From the IMG/VR virus record IMGVR_UViG_3300027365_000007: a DNA stretch of 64,000 nt; one strand, written 5' to 3'. The notes beneath the pieces are model-generated. The model had not been told where the DNA came from and did no database searches. It was given only the letters and a program-made list of their open reading frames with translations. The DNA comes from a virus. Taxonomy: Duplodnaviria; Caudoviricetes. The position numbers and the translations under genes are program-made. This document shows positions 45,987 through 57,246 of this stretch, piece after piece; within the stretch, counting starts at the first letter, position 1, and the number at the start of each line of letters is the position of its first letter.

Positions 45987-46712
45987 TTAAAGTTTACGTA
46001 TTTTATCACGTATTCTTTGTTGTTTCTCACGTTTGTTTTGTAAAAACTTATAAGCAGCCAATCCACCAATTGCATACATAGCCTTCTCTGTATTGCTCAT
46101 GCCTTCCGGCTTCTTATCTTCGGGAGACTTATTAGATACAGGTTTGTCGTCTTTTTCATCATGAACTACAAATTCAGACGCAAACTCTCGAATTTTAGTA
46201 GTCACGTCACTATATCTAAACTGTACTGTACCGTAGTTTCTCATTTTGTCTAGTGTTAATTTTCGCTCTCGTAGAGTTAAACGGTTCCAGTTAATAGCCA
46301 TTCGTCCTAGCGACTTGAGAATATTGTCCTCTATATATAATTGCTTAGTAATTCGCTTCATGAACGAATCAAGCTCTACTACCGAAAGAGATCCATTCAC
46401 CATTCTACGCAAATACCGTGTGTAGAAGTCGATATCAACGGATGCCCTTTTTACCAATATCTCATCGTTTTTACTTATCTTCTTTTGCTCAGAAAGCTTA
46501 TTTATATACGTAAAAAGGTTATAAATGTCTGTCGCATTTATTCTATGCTTATCATACCTTGAATACTTTATTGTATTTTTAGCATAGCGCGAAGCGTATG
46601 ACGAATATTCATAATCTTTATACATAATACATATACCAATCATCTCATAGTATATGTGGTTGAGAACCTTTCTCAACCCTTGATTTTTTAGTTCAGACAT
46701 GTTTCTAATCAT
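45987..46712 (-). CDS. Hypothetical protein
   Basis: ORF track. Confidence 0.65.
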   Translation of the reverse strand: MIRNMSELKNQGLRKVLNHIYYEMIGICIMYKDYEYSSYASRYAKNTIKYSRYDKHRINATDIYNLFTYINKLSEQKKISKNDEILVKRASVDIDFYTRYLRRMVNGSLSVVELDSFMKRITKQLYIEDNILKSLGRMAINWNRLTLRERKLTLDKMRNYGTVQFRYSDVTTKIREFASEFVVHDEKDDKPVSNKSPEDKKPEGMSNTEKAMYAIGGLAAYKFLQNKREKQQRIRDKIRKL

Positions 46713-46721
46713 AATCTATCC

Positions 46722-48692
46722 TTAAGAATAAGATATTATTATCTTTAATACACCTGTACTACTTGTGGCAGCGTCAAGATATGCATTTAGATCTGTATCA
46801 GAACCACTATCATATACATATGATGGTGTAAATGTATAGGTTCCAACTTCGGTAAGATCAATGATATCTTCTGACATAAGTCTATTATTTACCGCACTAT
46901 CGCCTATATTTAGCGTTGAATTGATATCATCAAACGCTTCAGTCACTTCTACTGTCACGTTGGTCACTCTCGAATTATCTGAGACAGTGCCAACAAGGTG
47001 TGTACCAGTATCCGAACTTGTCAAATTAAGTGATAAAACATCGGCATCTGTTCTTGCAGAATCTTCCGTAGCAATCAATTTCCACCCAGACGACGTATAT
47101 AACCAATATTGCCATTCACCGTTACCACCATCTTCTACATAAGCGGCATCGCCAATAATAACGCTTAGTTGTGCACGCTGCGTATTGTCAAGAACGGAAT
47201 ATACTTCACCCTTTCTAACACCCTGTCCAATATAAGATGCTTTAGCTTTAGTGCCATTTTCTACCGAATATATACCAAAGTCGTCTAAAATATTTCCATT
47301 ATTCCCAAGGGCATTTTTTAATCGAATCTCACCAGCATCATTTTTTTCAAGATATAAGAACGTGGATGTTGATGGACCATAGTTACCAGCTACGATACCC
47401 GTAGTAGATGCAGTAGAAGCATCTGGTGATAATATAGGGTTGCCTTGATCGTCATTCTTCACATTTACAAGTGATAACGTACCGCCTGCGGTGTTGACAA
47501 TTTTTAATATATTCGTACCAACCTCTGCTCTAACATCGGGAATATTTGCGGCATTGATATCAAACGCCATATCTTCTTCCAAGCCGACATTCATACCATA
47601 AGTGGACTGCCCTTCAGTATTTGTTGTAAATGTCACAACGGTGCCATTTATAGATATCTGAGGACTATTAGCAACATATGTAGCTGGTTCACCTAAAGAA
47701 AATGATGTGGTACTCTGAACAACTAGAGGTGCTATTTGCTCGGATGCATTCACATCATGATTAGATGTTTCTAAATTTATAGAATTTACTGCATCCGAAA
47801 TTGTTCCAGTACCACCTATAGTAACAGACGTGCCATTTATTATTATTGAGTTCGTTGGATCAGTTGATGCATCAGTAACGCTTCCTAGTATGTTTGTTAA
47901 TGTATACTCTTTTAACTTTACATATATAGGCAATGACGTTTCAGTGGTAGTAATTTCATCTAGTTGCGGATCATAGTAAAGAACATCACCAACACCACCA
48001 ATCAGTTCATCAAAAACGTTTACATCAGACAATGGCTCCATTACAAAGCTATCTGGACTAGTTATATCAACTACTCTACCGACTAAAATATTTTTATCAC
48101 TAGGGATTACAAAATTATCATCTACAGTGTTAACCGAAATTATGTCATCTATCACAAATCCATGATTAGCCTGCTCAATGATAATATATTCACCTTCAGT
48201 AAAGTTCTGAAACCTAGAAAGAAGGTTTGACCAGAATGCCGATCCAAAACCACCACCGGGGGCTGGATCAACAACAGGCATACCCAAGTGATTTAACTCA
48301 AATACTACAATGCCGGACGGCACACTAAAAATACCATTCGCTAAAGGTGACCTATATGTATTGTATCTAAATAAATCTTCAACGACCAATGTTACATCCG
48401 TTGAAGTCTTAGCTTCTACCGATACTATCCTAAGCGCAATCCCAGTATTTTTTGATGCTATCCACATATCCGGTTTTATATCAATGCCATTATAAATATT
48501 TGGCTCTCTTGTTAAATGACTAGAGTGTTCCTGTTCAGACACCGTTATGTCTATAGTCCAACGGTAAGGCTTTGGAGAACTCCCGCCTTCCCAATAAGGG
48601 TCACCTGAACCGTCATCATATGGCCAAAAATCTTTAGGCACACTGTTAAACGCAGTGCCATCAAGAACTATAGGTGGTAAATTCACTTTCAT
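46722..48692 (-). CDS. Large virion structural protein
   Basis: Beta-rich; C-terminal VTVEVTEAF...GTY module resembles the C-terminus of the 27122 gene. Confidence 0.7.
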   Translation of the reverse strand: MKVNLPPIVLDGTAFNSVPKDFWPYDDGSGDPYWEGGSSPKPYRWTIDITVSEQEHSSHLTREPNIYNGIDIKPDMWIASKNTGIALRIVSVEAKTSTDVTLVVEDLFRYNTYRSPLANGIFSVPSGIVVFELNHLGMPVVDPAPGGGFGSAFWSNLLSRFQNFTEGEYIIIEQANHGFVIDDIISVNTVDDNFVIPSDKNILVGRVVDITSPDSFVMEPLSDVNVFDELIGGVGDVLYYDPQLDEITTTETSLPIYVKLKEYTLTNILGSVTDASTDPTNSIIINGTSVTIGGTGTISDAVNSINLETSNHDVNASEQIAPLVVQSTTSFSLGEPATYVANSPQISINGTVVTFTTNTEGQSTYGMNVGLEEDMAFDINAANIPDVRAEVGTNILKIVNTAGGTLSLVNVKNDDQGNPILSPDASTASTTGIVAGNYGPSTSTFLYLEKNDAGEIRLKNALGNNGNILDDFGIYSVENGTKAKASYIGQGVRKGEVYSVLDNTQRAQLSVIIGDAAYVEDGGNGEWQYWLYTSSGWKLIATEDSARTDADVLSLNLTSSDTGTHLVGTVSDNSRVTNVTVEVTEAFDDINSTLNIGDSAVNNRLMSEDIIDLTEVGTYTFTPSYVYDSGSDTDLNAYLDAATSSTGVLKIIISYS

Positions 48693-48695
48693 ATA

Positions 48696-50357
48696 TTATT
48701 CTCCAAAGGTAAACATAAGATATAATCTTGCTCTTTCACCTAACCCCGCACTAGCACCAACCTGACCCTGCGCACAATCAAGTGTGATTACGTTATCAAA
48801 AGTGCCAGAAAATAAAGTGGTCTGATCGTATGTTGCACCGCCACCAGAAACCTTCCTTGTGCTAGTGACAGGTGTATTGATTATATATTCATTTGTTTGC
48901 GTAACATGTGCATATTGTTGGATACTAATAGGTGGATATGCTTTGCCATTAAACGTAAACTCAACAATACCACCCGGACCATTTACGATATTCACATTAA
49001 CACCGGGGGTTGTATTTTGTATCGCATCAGGTGCGCTTAGATCACCACTTGATCCAGAAGTGTACCAAAGTTCGACCCATTCATATGTTAAGGTACTACT
49101 ACCGCCTGAGATTGCTTGTGGTACGAAATTTGTTCCATCATATACCAATGCATCACCAGATGTTGGTGCAGTGGTAGTAGTGTCTACATCACCCAACTCA
49201 TCAAGTACCGTTGCTCCACTTCCAGAAACGGTCGCCGCAACAAAGCTCGTACCATCAAACTGTAATACTTGCCCAGAAGTTATACCAGTGGTATCAACAT
49301 CCGATAACTCATTAATTGAAGTAGGTATAACGGGCGTATTTACTAGATCGTTATAGTCACCAGATGTTGCCACAGTTGACAGAACGGGTAAATTACTCAA
49401 ATCATTATAGGAACCAGTAGTCGCTACAGTAGCAAGCGTTGGAGTACCAGTGACTTCAGAATATGCAACCGAACCATCAACCCAATTAGCGCCATCATAT
49501 TTCAATACATTGTTAGCGACGACACCAGTGGTATCTACATCACTAAGATCATTTACATTGACAGGTATAGATGGAGTGTTTGATAGATCGTTATAATCCC
49601 CGGATGTGGCAACTACAGCTAAACTCGGTGTGCCAGATATTTCGCTATAGGAAACTACACCATCAACCCAATTAGTACCGTCAAATTTTAGAACATTATC
49701 AGTAACGACGCCAGTTGTATCTACGTCCGTTAGCTCATTGAGTATAGTAGCGCCACTACCAGATACTGCCTGTGGTACGAAATTGGTTCCATCAAATACC
49801 AACGCATCACCACTTGTAGGTGCAGTAGTAGTGGTATCAACGTCTATCAGATCGTCTACTGATGATGGAATAGAGGGTTGGTTAATTAAATCAGTATATG
49901 AGCCACTTGTAGCTACTGTTGAAAGAACAGGCGTATTCGATACTTCACTGTAATCAACTGAACCATCAACCCAATTAGTACCATCATATTTTATAACATT
50001 ATTAGTCACAACACCAGTTGTATCTACATCCGTTAATTCATTGAGTATAGTAGCACCACTACCAGAAACTGCCTGTGGTACGAAATTGGTTCCATCAAAT
50101 ACCAACGCATCACCACTTGTAGGTGCAGTAGTGGTGGTATCCACATCACTCAACTCATCAAGGGCGGTAGCGCCACTAGAAATTGTATAAAAACCAGTAA
50201 CGCCACCTACTTTCCCATAAAAAGTATTATCCTGTGCAGTGCTGAAACCTTCAATATCTTGAGCAACTTCAACTACATTATCTCCATTAGAATCGTATGT
50301 AGTCTTCGTCATCAAGTCTTGTGGTTCTAAAAAACTAAATTCTATTTCATTAGCCAT
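48696..50357 (-). CDS. Repeat-rich fibre-like virion protein
   Basis: Many LxELxDVDTT...LxFDGTNF/W and LxTVATSGxYNDL repeats. Confidence 0.8.
   Translation of the reverse strand: MANEIEFSFLEPQDLMTKTTYDSNGDNVVEVAQDIEGFSTAQDNTFYGKVGGVTGFYTISSGATALDELSDVDTTTTAPTSGDALVFDGTNFVPQAVSGSGATILNELTDVDTTGVVTNNVIKYDGTNWVDGSVDYSEVSNTPVLSTVATSGSYTDLINQPSIPSSVDDLIDVDTTTTAPTSGDALVFDGTNFVPQAVSGSGATILNELTDVDTTGVVTDNVLKFDGTNWVDGVVSYSEISGTPSLAVVATSGDYNDLSNTPSIPVNVNDLSDVDTTGVVANNVLKYDGANWVDGSVAYSEVTGTPTLATVATTGSYNDLSNLPVLSTVATSGDYNDLVNTPVIPTSINELSDVDTTGITSGQVLQFDGTSFVAATVSGSGATVLDELGDVDTTTTAPTSGDALVYDGTNFVPQAISGGSSTLTYEWVELWYTSGSSGDLSAPDAIQNTTPGVNVNIVNGPGGIVEFTFNGKAYPPISIQQYAHVTQTNEYIINTPVTSTRKVSGGGATYDQTTLFSGTFDNVITLDCAQGQVGASAGLGERARLYLMFTFGE
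49765..50132. repeat. 65-nt perfect direct repeat (49765-49829 and 50068-50132) within a 303-nt tandem unit
   Basis: ACTGCCTGTGGTACGAAATTGG...GGTGCAGTAGT is identical in both copies; offset 303 nt = 101 codons. Confidence 0.85.
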
Positions 50358-50392
50358 TGTTATTATTCTCCATAAGTTATTTTAGAACTTCG

Positions 50393-53300
50393 TTATACTT
50401 GAACGAAGTTCACAATTCTAATTGTATCCCCTGCATTACGCGCAGTAGTTAATGTTATTTGTGTCGGATCTGATGTATCTACAGCATTTGTACGCAATAG
50501 AATACCGTTGGCAAATACCATCACATTTCCACTATGGTTGAATGGTATAACTGTTTGATCTTGTACCATTACAAACTCATGTTCGACCGCATTAGTCACA
50601 GTAGCCTGTGTATTAGTCTGTGATGTTGCAGGATCATGTAGTACCAGTACCCTAATGGTATCACCAGAATTTCGCGGTGATGTTAGTGTGATCTCTGAAG
50701 TACTTGTTGCTGCATCAACTTCACTTGTAGGTAATAGGAAACCATTCGCAAATACCATCACATCGTTATCGTGTTCAAGGACAAATACTGTCTGATCTTG
50801 TGATGCGGTGAATTCGTAATCACTGGTTGACTGACTACCAGCAGCAGGGTCTCGCGGTTCATATTGCTGCGTACCCGCGTTATAAGTTAGAACCTGATTA
50901 TCCTGTGGCGTCACCGTTTCATCTACGTTATCTAGATCTTCGATGGAGTTCACACTACTAACTAGGCCCATCTCAAATTGTCCAGATGTAGAGTTATAAA
51001 CCAATGTTTCACCATCGCTTGGTGCGAGTGCCGAGTCAACATCATTAAGTTCACTAAGTTGTGTTGCCCCTACCTGATCAGTAATAGTAAAAGGAACGAA
51101 ACCAGTGCCATCAAACTGCAATACCTGACCAGTCGTTATACCCGTAGTATCAACATCAGAAAGTTCGTTTATCGCAATAGTACGATTTGCAAAATTCGTA
51201 CCATCATAAACTAACAAGTCGCCACTAGAGGTATTAGTCAGTTCAATACCACTAAGGTTATAAACACTAGGTTGAATGTAGGTGTAACCGTTAGTGACTA
51301 CGTTTTTATATTTTCTCTCAATAACATCAGGTGTTTGTAACGCATTGTATACCGCAAAATTATCAATACTATATGCTTGAGATCCAATTTCTAATTCTTG
51401 TAGCAATTGCACATTGACGCTATAAGAAGAGTCATCGCCAATAACAGTTGATACTGTCTGGTCAACAACATCATTGGTATTCACAATAACATTAATATCG
51501 GTATTGGTACCATTCTTGTAATAATTCACTACAACATGGTTGAATATGCTATCGTTTAAAGTAACCGCGTATGAACCCGCAATAGTTCCATTCTTAACCA
51601 CACGAATGCGATGTTCAAAAGAGCCAGTCCCATCTGGAACAATCACAAACTCCACTGATATTTCTTCCGATGCTAATGTGTCAGCAACGATATTCATTCT
51701 CATCACTATGGCATCTTCAGGTGTTCCTTGATAAGCAACATTCGTAGTAGGCTGATACCAAAAATCATATGAAAACTGATATGATTCTGCTTGAGCGAAG
51801 GAGCCAATTGTTGCGCTTAGTGACTTTGCTTCAGTACCACTGTTGATATCATAACTGGTACCAGAATAGATACTAGTACTACCTTTTACACCAATACCTG
51901 TTTCGTAACTGTATCCAGTGTCAGGAACTATATTAATATCATTAATTGTACCAATTAGATCTTCATTAAAGTTCCAATATTCATAGGCATTTGTAACTTT
52001 AACAATCTCGTCATACGACAGTTCCACCTTGGCTTTTATATATTCAGAACCATTCCATACAATAGAATCTCCATTCGAAGGCATCTCAGAAGACACATTC
52101 GACAGTTGTTCCACTGAAACGGATGGGAAACCATTAACAAACTCACTGTTTGTTGCATCCCATACAATTGCGTCTCCATCGGACAATGTGGTAAAGTTTA
52201 CATCACCTGCTTCTTGAATTTGAGACTTACGGATTTCGTATGTACCAGTTGATGAATTAAAGAATACGCCACTGCCGTCAACTTCTTCGACAAGATCAAC
52301 ACCATTGAGATTCTGTAGTGATATCACATCACTTACTGGACGTAACTGATAAGATGAGCTTGTGCCGTCCCATACCATTGTATATGCTACACCTGAAGAT
52401 GGAGCTGCAATCTCAGATACATCTGATAGAGCCGATATGTTAAGGGCGTTACTTTCATAAACACCAGAAGTACTATTATATTGTAAAATATAACCATCAA
52501 TCGAAGCGCTTGTATCAATACCAATAGCATCAGTAATGCTGGTGTTTACGAATCTACTGTTCAGTGAATCATATGTCAGAACCTGTCCATCAGTCGGAGA
52601 TGTCAATGCGTGACGTAGGTAATTCTGTGCCACGAAATCATTTCCATCATAAACAAGTGTTTGACCGGAAGTAATACCACTTGCGTTCACGTCTTGAAGG
52701 TTTAACAGTTCTATAGATTCAAATATATTTTTATTAACATATTGTGATAACGCACCGTCATAAACGACGATTTGTCCATCAGCAATGTTAGTGATAGTAA
52801 CATCAGCTAAATCGGAAAGATTCTCAACGCCAAGTGTGTTACCATCAACAGATTCATACTGTCCGGTAGTTCCATTAAACTGAAGAATATTACCGTCACT
52901 TGGTACTATGCTGGTGTTATACGGTAATATCCCTTGAGGAACGTATGTACCTGATTGGTATACCAGAACATCACCATTGGTAATTCCAGACGCAGAAACA
53001 TCGCTAAGTTCAGATATAGACTGGGTAATGTCTGAGAACTCAAATGTTCCAGAGGTAGAGTTGTAAACCAGACCGTATCCATCTTGTGCATTAATAACAC
53101 TAGATTCATTAACATTGTTGAGATCTTCGATCCCCATGTTGACAGTGACATTAAGTGATGAGCTATCAGCAGGGACAAATGCAGACTCTGACGAACTCCA
53201 CACCAGTACATTGTTATCTGACACACCTGTAGTATCAACATCAACCAACTGGTTAATACTTATATTCTGTAACTCATTAACCAAGTTAGTATTATTCAAA

Positions 53301-54817
53301 AACTTATTCTGTGGAGTCTCAGTCAAATTATCAGTAGTCTTCTGACTAAAGAATGAATCGAATGATACAGAATTGAAGTGTAAACTATCAGTAGTTTCAC
53401 CAAGATCAATAAGATTTTGTGGGAACTGTCCTACTTGGAATTCACCACTGCCTGAATTATAAACAATGGTTGAACCGTCGCTTAAACCAGTAAGGTTTAT
53501 ATTTGAAATATCAGATAGAACGATTTCTCTATTATTCCACGTGGTTCCATCTGAATACAAGAAGGTTCCCGCAGATTGAAGGGCATCTACATCACTTATC
53601 TCATTAAGACTAATACCATAGTTCACATCAACAAGATACTCACCTATATCTGTGTAGACGCGTTGTGATTCATAATAAAGATTGTTAGATCCTTCGGCCA
53701 GATCATCAGTGGTGTCAAGGTTTGTAGCAACATCAGTAAACACCCATTCAGAACCATTCCACACAGGGGCCTGTCCTGAGACAGGGGAAGTCGCATTCAC
53801 AGAACCTAGATCTTGGATTGATACAGAACCTAAAGTATCTCTTACACGTTGGGTTGTGAAATATAAGTTGCTTGTACCTTCAGGTAATCCGTCAGTGTCT
53901 TGAGGCACGTCAGCATCAATTACAATTTCTTCACCGTTGAAGTTGGTTGAAACATTAACATTATTTCCACCAGTAACGCTACGGAATTGAAGATTGCCTC
54001 CAAACCTTGCAAAAAATGTACCAACGCCATTACCCACGTTCTCAGCATCAGTGATTGATCCAGCAGTGTCGCCATCAGAAATAACACCAAGTGAACTTAA
54101 TGGTGCAGACTCCCATATATTTCTCACACCGTTGTACACCAACACGCTTTCATGTTCTATGTTGGCTAAATCAACGTCTACAAGCTCTGATAAACGACCT
54201 GTGGTAGATGGTTTTGGTATCCAAGTACCTTCTGCCGTGTCCCATGTCAATACATCACCATTATCAGCACCGTTACGCTCAAGGTTTTGTGATATGATTG
54301 ATTCAGTCGCAAGACCATGGAAAGTAACTGCGTACATATCGGCATAACGACGACCATTTGAGCCTATATCATAGGTTGCATCAACATCTGGTATATTGTT
54401 TGCATTCGCAAACATGAAGGTGCTATCAGCTTCACCAGTGCTATATACGTCAATATTACTTCGAACCAGTGTTGAGTCAGCATCAGAAAGGTTGTTGTTT
54501 TTTTCCAAGTAGCCAGAACGTGGTAACCCACCTAGCGTACTCGCTTCACCATCAAATTCAATATCAATATAAGAACCTGAAGAAATTAGATTAATTCCAT
54601 TAAGTCCTCTTATACGTCTAAAACGCATAACGTTCGAAACAACGTTATTAAAAATATACTCACCGTCACTAGTACCTAAGTTCATACCACCTTGAATAAA
54701 CGTGGTATTACCAAAAAGACTAAGATCAGGGTCTACATTTACGAAAGCTTGTTGAGTTTCATCATACACCAAAATCTGGTTATATGAAGGGTCTGTTACC
54801 TTTAGTTCGTCAGCCAT
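50393..54817 (-). CDS. 1474-aa repeat-rich fibre-like virion protein
   Basis: Many LxDLxDV...DGxxLxY repeats, a LamG-like segment (YWNFNE...IDNFAVYN) and a duplicated C-terminal VFANG module. Confidence 0.8.
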   Translation of the reverse strand: MADELKVTDPSYNQILVYDETQQAFVNVDPDLSLFGNTTFIQGGMNLGTSDGEYIFNNVVSNVMRFRRIRGLNGINLISSGSYIDIEFDGEASTLGGLPRSGYLEKNNNLSDADSTLVRSNIDVYSTGEADSTFMFANANNIPDVDATYDIGSNGRRYADMYAVTFHGLATESIISQNLERNGADNGDVLTWDTAEGTWIPKPSTTGRLSELVDVDLANIEHESVLVYNGVRNIWESAPLSSLGVISDGDTAGSITDAENVGNGVGTFFARFGGNLQFRSVTGGNNVNVSTNFNGEEIVIDADVPQDTDGLPEGTSNLYFTTQRVRDTLGSVSIQDLGSVNATSPVSGQAPVWNGSEWVFTDVATNLDTTDDLAEGSNNLYYESQRVYTDIGEYLVDVNYGISLNEISDVDALQSAGTFLYSDGTTWNNREIVLSDISNINLTGLSDGSTIVYNSGSGEFQVGQFPQNLIDLGETTDSLHFNSVSFDSFFSQKTTDNLTETPQNKFLNNTNLVNELQNISINQLVDVDTTGVSDNNVLVWSSSESAFVPADSSSLNVTVNMGIEDLNNVNESSVINAQDGYGLVYNSTSGTFEFSDITQSISELSDVSASGITNGDVLVYQSGTYVPQGILPYNTSIVPSDGNILQFNGTTGQYESVDGNTLGVENLSDLADVTITNIADGQIVVYDGALSQYVNKNIFESIELLNLQDVNASGITSGQTLVYDGNDFVAQNYLRHALTSPTDGQVLTYDSLNSRFVNTSITDAIGIDTSASIDGYILQYNSTSGVYESNALNISALSDVSEIAAPSSGVAYTMVWDGTSSSYQLRPVSDVISLQNLNGVDLVEEVDGSGVFFNSSTGTYEIRKSQIQEAGDVNFTTLSDGDAIVWDATNSEFVNGFPSVSVEQLSNVSSEMPSNGDSIVWNGSEYIKAKVELSYDEIVKVTNAYEYWNFNEDLIGTINDINIVPDTGYSYETGIGVKGSTSIYSGTSYDINSGTEAKSLSATIGSFAQAESYQFSYDFWYQPTTNVAYQGTPEDAIVMRMNIVADTLASEEISVEFVIVPDGTGSFEHRIRVVKNGTIAGSYAVTLNDSIFNHVVVNYYKNGTNTDINVIVNTNDVVDQTVSTVIGDDSSYSVNVQLLQELEIGSQAYSIDNFAVYNALQTPDVIERKYKNVVTNGYTYIQPSVYNLSGIELTNTSSGDLLVYDGTNFANRTIAINELSDVDTTGITTGQVLQFDGTGFVPFTITDQVGATQLSELNDVDSALAPSDGETLVYNSTSGQFEMGLVSSVNSIEDLDNVDETVTPQDNQVLTYNAGTQQYEPRDPAAGSQSTSDYEFTASQDQTVFVLEHDNDVMVFANGFLLPTSEVDAATSTSEITLTSPRNSGDTIRVLVLHDPATSQTNTQATVTNAVEHEFVMVQDQTVIPFNHSGNVMVFANGILLRTNAVDTSDPTQITLTTARNAGDTIRIVNFVQV

Positions 54818-54894
54818 ACTTTTATCCCTTTTAATAAAATATCTCTATATATTTTATTTATTGCTAACGACTATAAACTAAATGCACATATACA

Positions 54895-54925
54895 AAAAAG
54901 GGATAAGCTTGGCTTATCCCTTTTT
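54895..54925. terminator. Bidirectional-type terminator after clpA
   Basis: AAAAAGGGATAAGC-TTG-GCTTATCCCTTTTT. Confidence 0.85.
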
Positions 54926-54952
54926 AAGGTTTAGGTATTGATTAGTAAAGGT

Positions 54953-57175
54953 TTAGGTGACTTTGAGTGTGTAACCATCACCCTGCACATTTACTGATAC
55001 CTTACCACCATTTTTCAGATCGCCGTAGACAATCTCTTTAGAAAGTGGTTTCTTGATCTTGTCTTTGATTTCACGCTTCAGAGGACGTGCCCCCATCGCT
55101 TCATCAAATCCATCTTCCATAAGCTTTTCTTTCGCTTTCTTAGAAAGCGTTACGCTTACACCACTTTCTTCAAGTTGTTTGTTGAGAAGCTTGATTTCTT
55201 TCTCAACAATTAGTGCCATGCTATCAATAGTAAGGTTATTGAAAGAACATGTTGCACTCAGGCGATTCACAAACTCAGGTGCGAAGAATTTATTAATCGC
55301 ATCCAGATCGGCAGTGTTTTGTGTTTTATTATTAAAACCAATGCTGCCAGCATTTTTAGCTTGTGCCCCGAGGTTTGTAGTCATCAAGATAATTACATCC
55401 TTGAAACTCACTGTCTTACCTTGTGAGGATGTCAGTTTTGCGTCATCCATCACTTGTAGAAGCACTGTCAGTACTTTAGGATGTGCCTTTTCAATCTCAT
55501 CCAGTAGCAGAACACAGTTGGGGTTATCTGCAATATCATCAATCAGCTTCGCTGAATTCTCATCATAACCTGTATAACCCGGAGGCGCACCAATCAGTTT
55601 TGCCACGGAATGCGATTCCTGATACTCAGACATATCGTACTTGATCAAAGGAATCGCAAGGTTATCTGAAAGTTGACGAGCAATTTCAGTTTTACCCACA
55701 CCGCTAGTGCCTGACATCAAGAATGAACCAGTTGGTTTGTTATCTTCTTTCAGACCAGACTTCGCAATAAGAATTTCTTCACAGATCAGATCAACTACAT
55801 GATCCTGACCAAAAAGGTTCTTCTTGATATTGTCTTCAAGGTTCTTGAAGACATTATCTTCAGTCTTTTGCATTGCCTGTAGCGGCACATTAGTGAATTT
55901 TGAAACTGTTTTCTGGAACTCATCTAGAGTCACCGATTCGATATTGTTGATTTTGCAGTATGCACCAGCCGCATCCAAAACATCAATCGCCTTATCTGGG
56001 AACGCTCGATTCTGAATGTAGCGCTGACACAGACCCAACATATCATAAACTTCATCCACGTTATATTTCACACTATGGAACTTCTCATATACTGGGATAA
56101 GCTTTTCAATAATGGTAGCTGTATCCTTCAGAGACGGTTCATTAATAGTGTAATTCTGGAACCGACGGACCATTGCTTTATCTTTCTCAAAACTGGTTTT
56201 ATATTCTTCACCAGTAGTAGCAGCAATACACATGAGCTTACCACGAGAAAGCATCGGTTTCAGAATATTACCAAGATCAACGCCGCCCTGTGTAGATGCA
56301 CCAGCACCCATTACAGTATGTGCTTCGTCAATGAAAACGATACAATTGCCTTGTTCGGCAAGGTATTCAATAGTTTTCTTAGCACGTTCTTCGAACTCAC
56401 CGCGATACTTAGTACCAGCAAGCATACCAGCAACATCAATTACCATTACTCGCTTATCCAGCAATGATTCGTGACAATCACCGTTATGAATAGCAAGGGC
56501 AATACCTTCTACGACCGCAGTCTTACCAACACCCGGATTACCCAGAAGCATTGCGTTATTCTTTTTCTTACGAGCAAGAATTTCTGCGATTTCATGAATT
56601 TCAGTATCACGTCCAATTACTGGATCAATACGGCCTTCTTCCGCTTCTAGTGTAAGGTCAGTGACGAAATCACCTTCTTCCACTTCTTCTTTTCCAGTGG
56701 TTGTTTTAGACTTCTTCAGTACATCAATGATTCGATCACGTGCACCCGGTACAGATCCTTCAATGATGGCTTTAGTAATATCAAGCTTATCGTACTGTTC
56801 TTCCAGAAGCACAAGCATGATGTCTTCACATCGAGTATCTTGGGTATTACGCCCCTTGGACATAACGTTCATTACTGCACTGGAAACAGATTTCAATACG
56901 GTTTGTGAAATACGAAGCTCATCTTCATGGGCTACGCTATGTTGAGGCGAATTACGGTTCAGCTCATTCTGGATCACACGAGCCAAGGATTCAGAGTTGA
57001 TTTCAGACTCCCTGAATGCTTTCGCAATATATTCGTTATTCAAAAGACATACGAAAAGGTGATCAGGCGTGAGAACGTCATAGTAAGTACTCATTGCCAG
57101 ACGTGTACTTTCAGTGATTACATTTTCCACTTCTGGCGGAACACGTGGCTCACGATTTTGGTTTTGATCACTCAT
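54953..57175 (-). CDS. clpA: ClpA-like AAA+ unfoldase
   Basis: Clp N domain (PDHLF), GNPGVGKT, AGTKYRGEFEER, FIDEAH, GTSGVGKT, DMSEYQE, LLDEIEKAH, IGF loop and MGARPL; no ClpB middle domain. Confidence 0.92.
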   Translation of the reverse strand: MSDQNQNREPRVPPEVENVITESTRLAMSTYYDVLTPDHLFVCLLNNEYIAKAFRESEINSESLARVIQNELNRNSPQHSVAHEDELRISQTVLKSVSSAVMNVMSKGRNTQDTRCEDIMLVLLEEQYDKLDITKAIIEGSVPGARDRIIDVLKKSKTTTGKEEVEEGDFVTDLTLEAEEGRIDPVIGRDTEIHEIAEILARKKKNNAMLLGNPGVGKTAVVEGIALAIHNGDCHESLLDKRVMVIDVAGMLAGTKYRGEFEERAKKTIEYLAEQGNCIVFIDEAHTVMGAGASTQGGVDLGNILKPMLSRGKLMCIAATTGEEYKTSFEKDKAMVRRFQNYTINEPSLKDTATIIEKLIPVYEKFHSVKYNVDEVYDMLGLCQRYIQNRAFPDKAIDVLDAAGAYCKINNIESVTLDEFQKTVSKFTNVPLQAMQKTEDNVFKNLEDNIKKNLFGQDHVVDLICEEILIAKSGLKEDNKPTGSFLMSGTSGVGKTEIARQLSDNLAIPLIKYDMSEYQESHSVAKLIGAPPGYTGYDENSAKLIDDIADNPNCVLLLDEIEKAHPKVLTVLLQVMDDAKLTSSQGKTVSFKDVIILMTTNLGAQAKNAGSIGFNNKTQNTADLDAINKFFAPEFVNRLSATCSFNNLTIDSMALIVEKEIKLLNKQLEESGVSVTLSKKAKEKLMEDGFDEAMGARPLKREIKDKIKKPLSKEIVYGDLKNGGKVSVNVQGDGYTLKVT

Positions 57176-57246
57176 ACAATTTACTCCTGTTTTGTTTATT
57201 AACTACTATATTGGATCAACATCACTAATTTTCAAGTGACAATCGA

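Noticed and set aside
48696-54817. Periodic DNA repeats as a possible CRISPR array or non-coding repeat
   Set aside because: The repeats are in-frame protein repeats with synonymous divergence inside long ORFs.
55053-57202. Several long plus-strand ORFs opposite clpA, and similar ones opposite other long genes
   Set aside because: They are antisense shadows of codon-biased genes, with no SD or family motifs.
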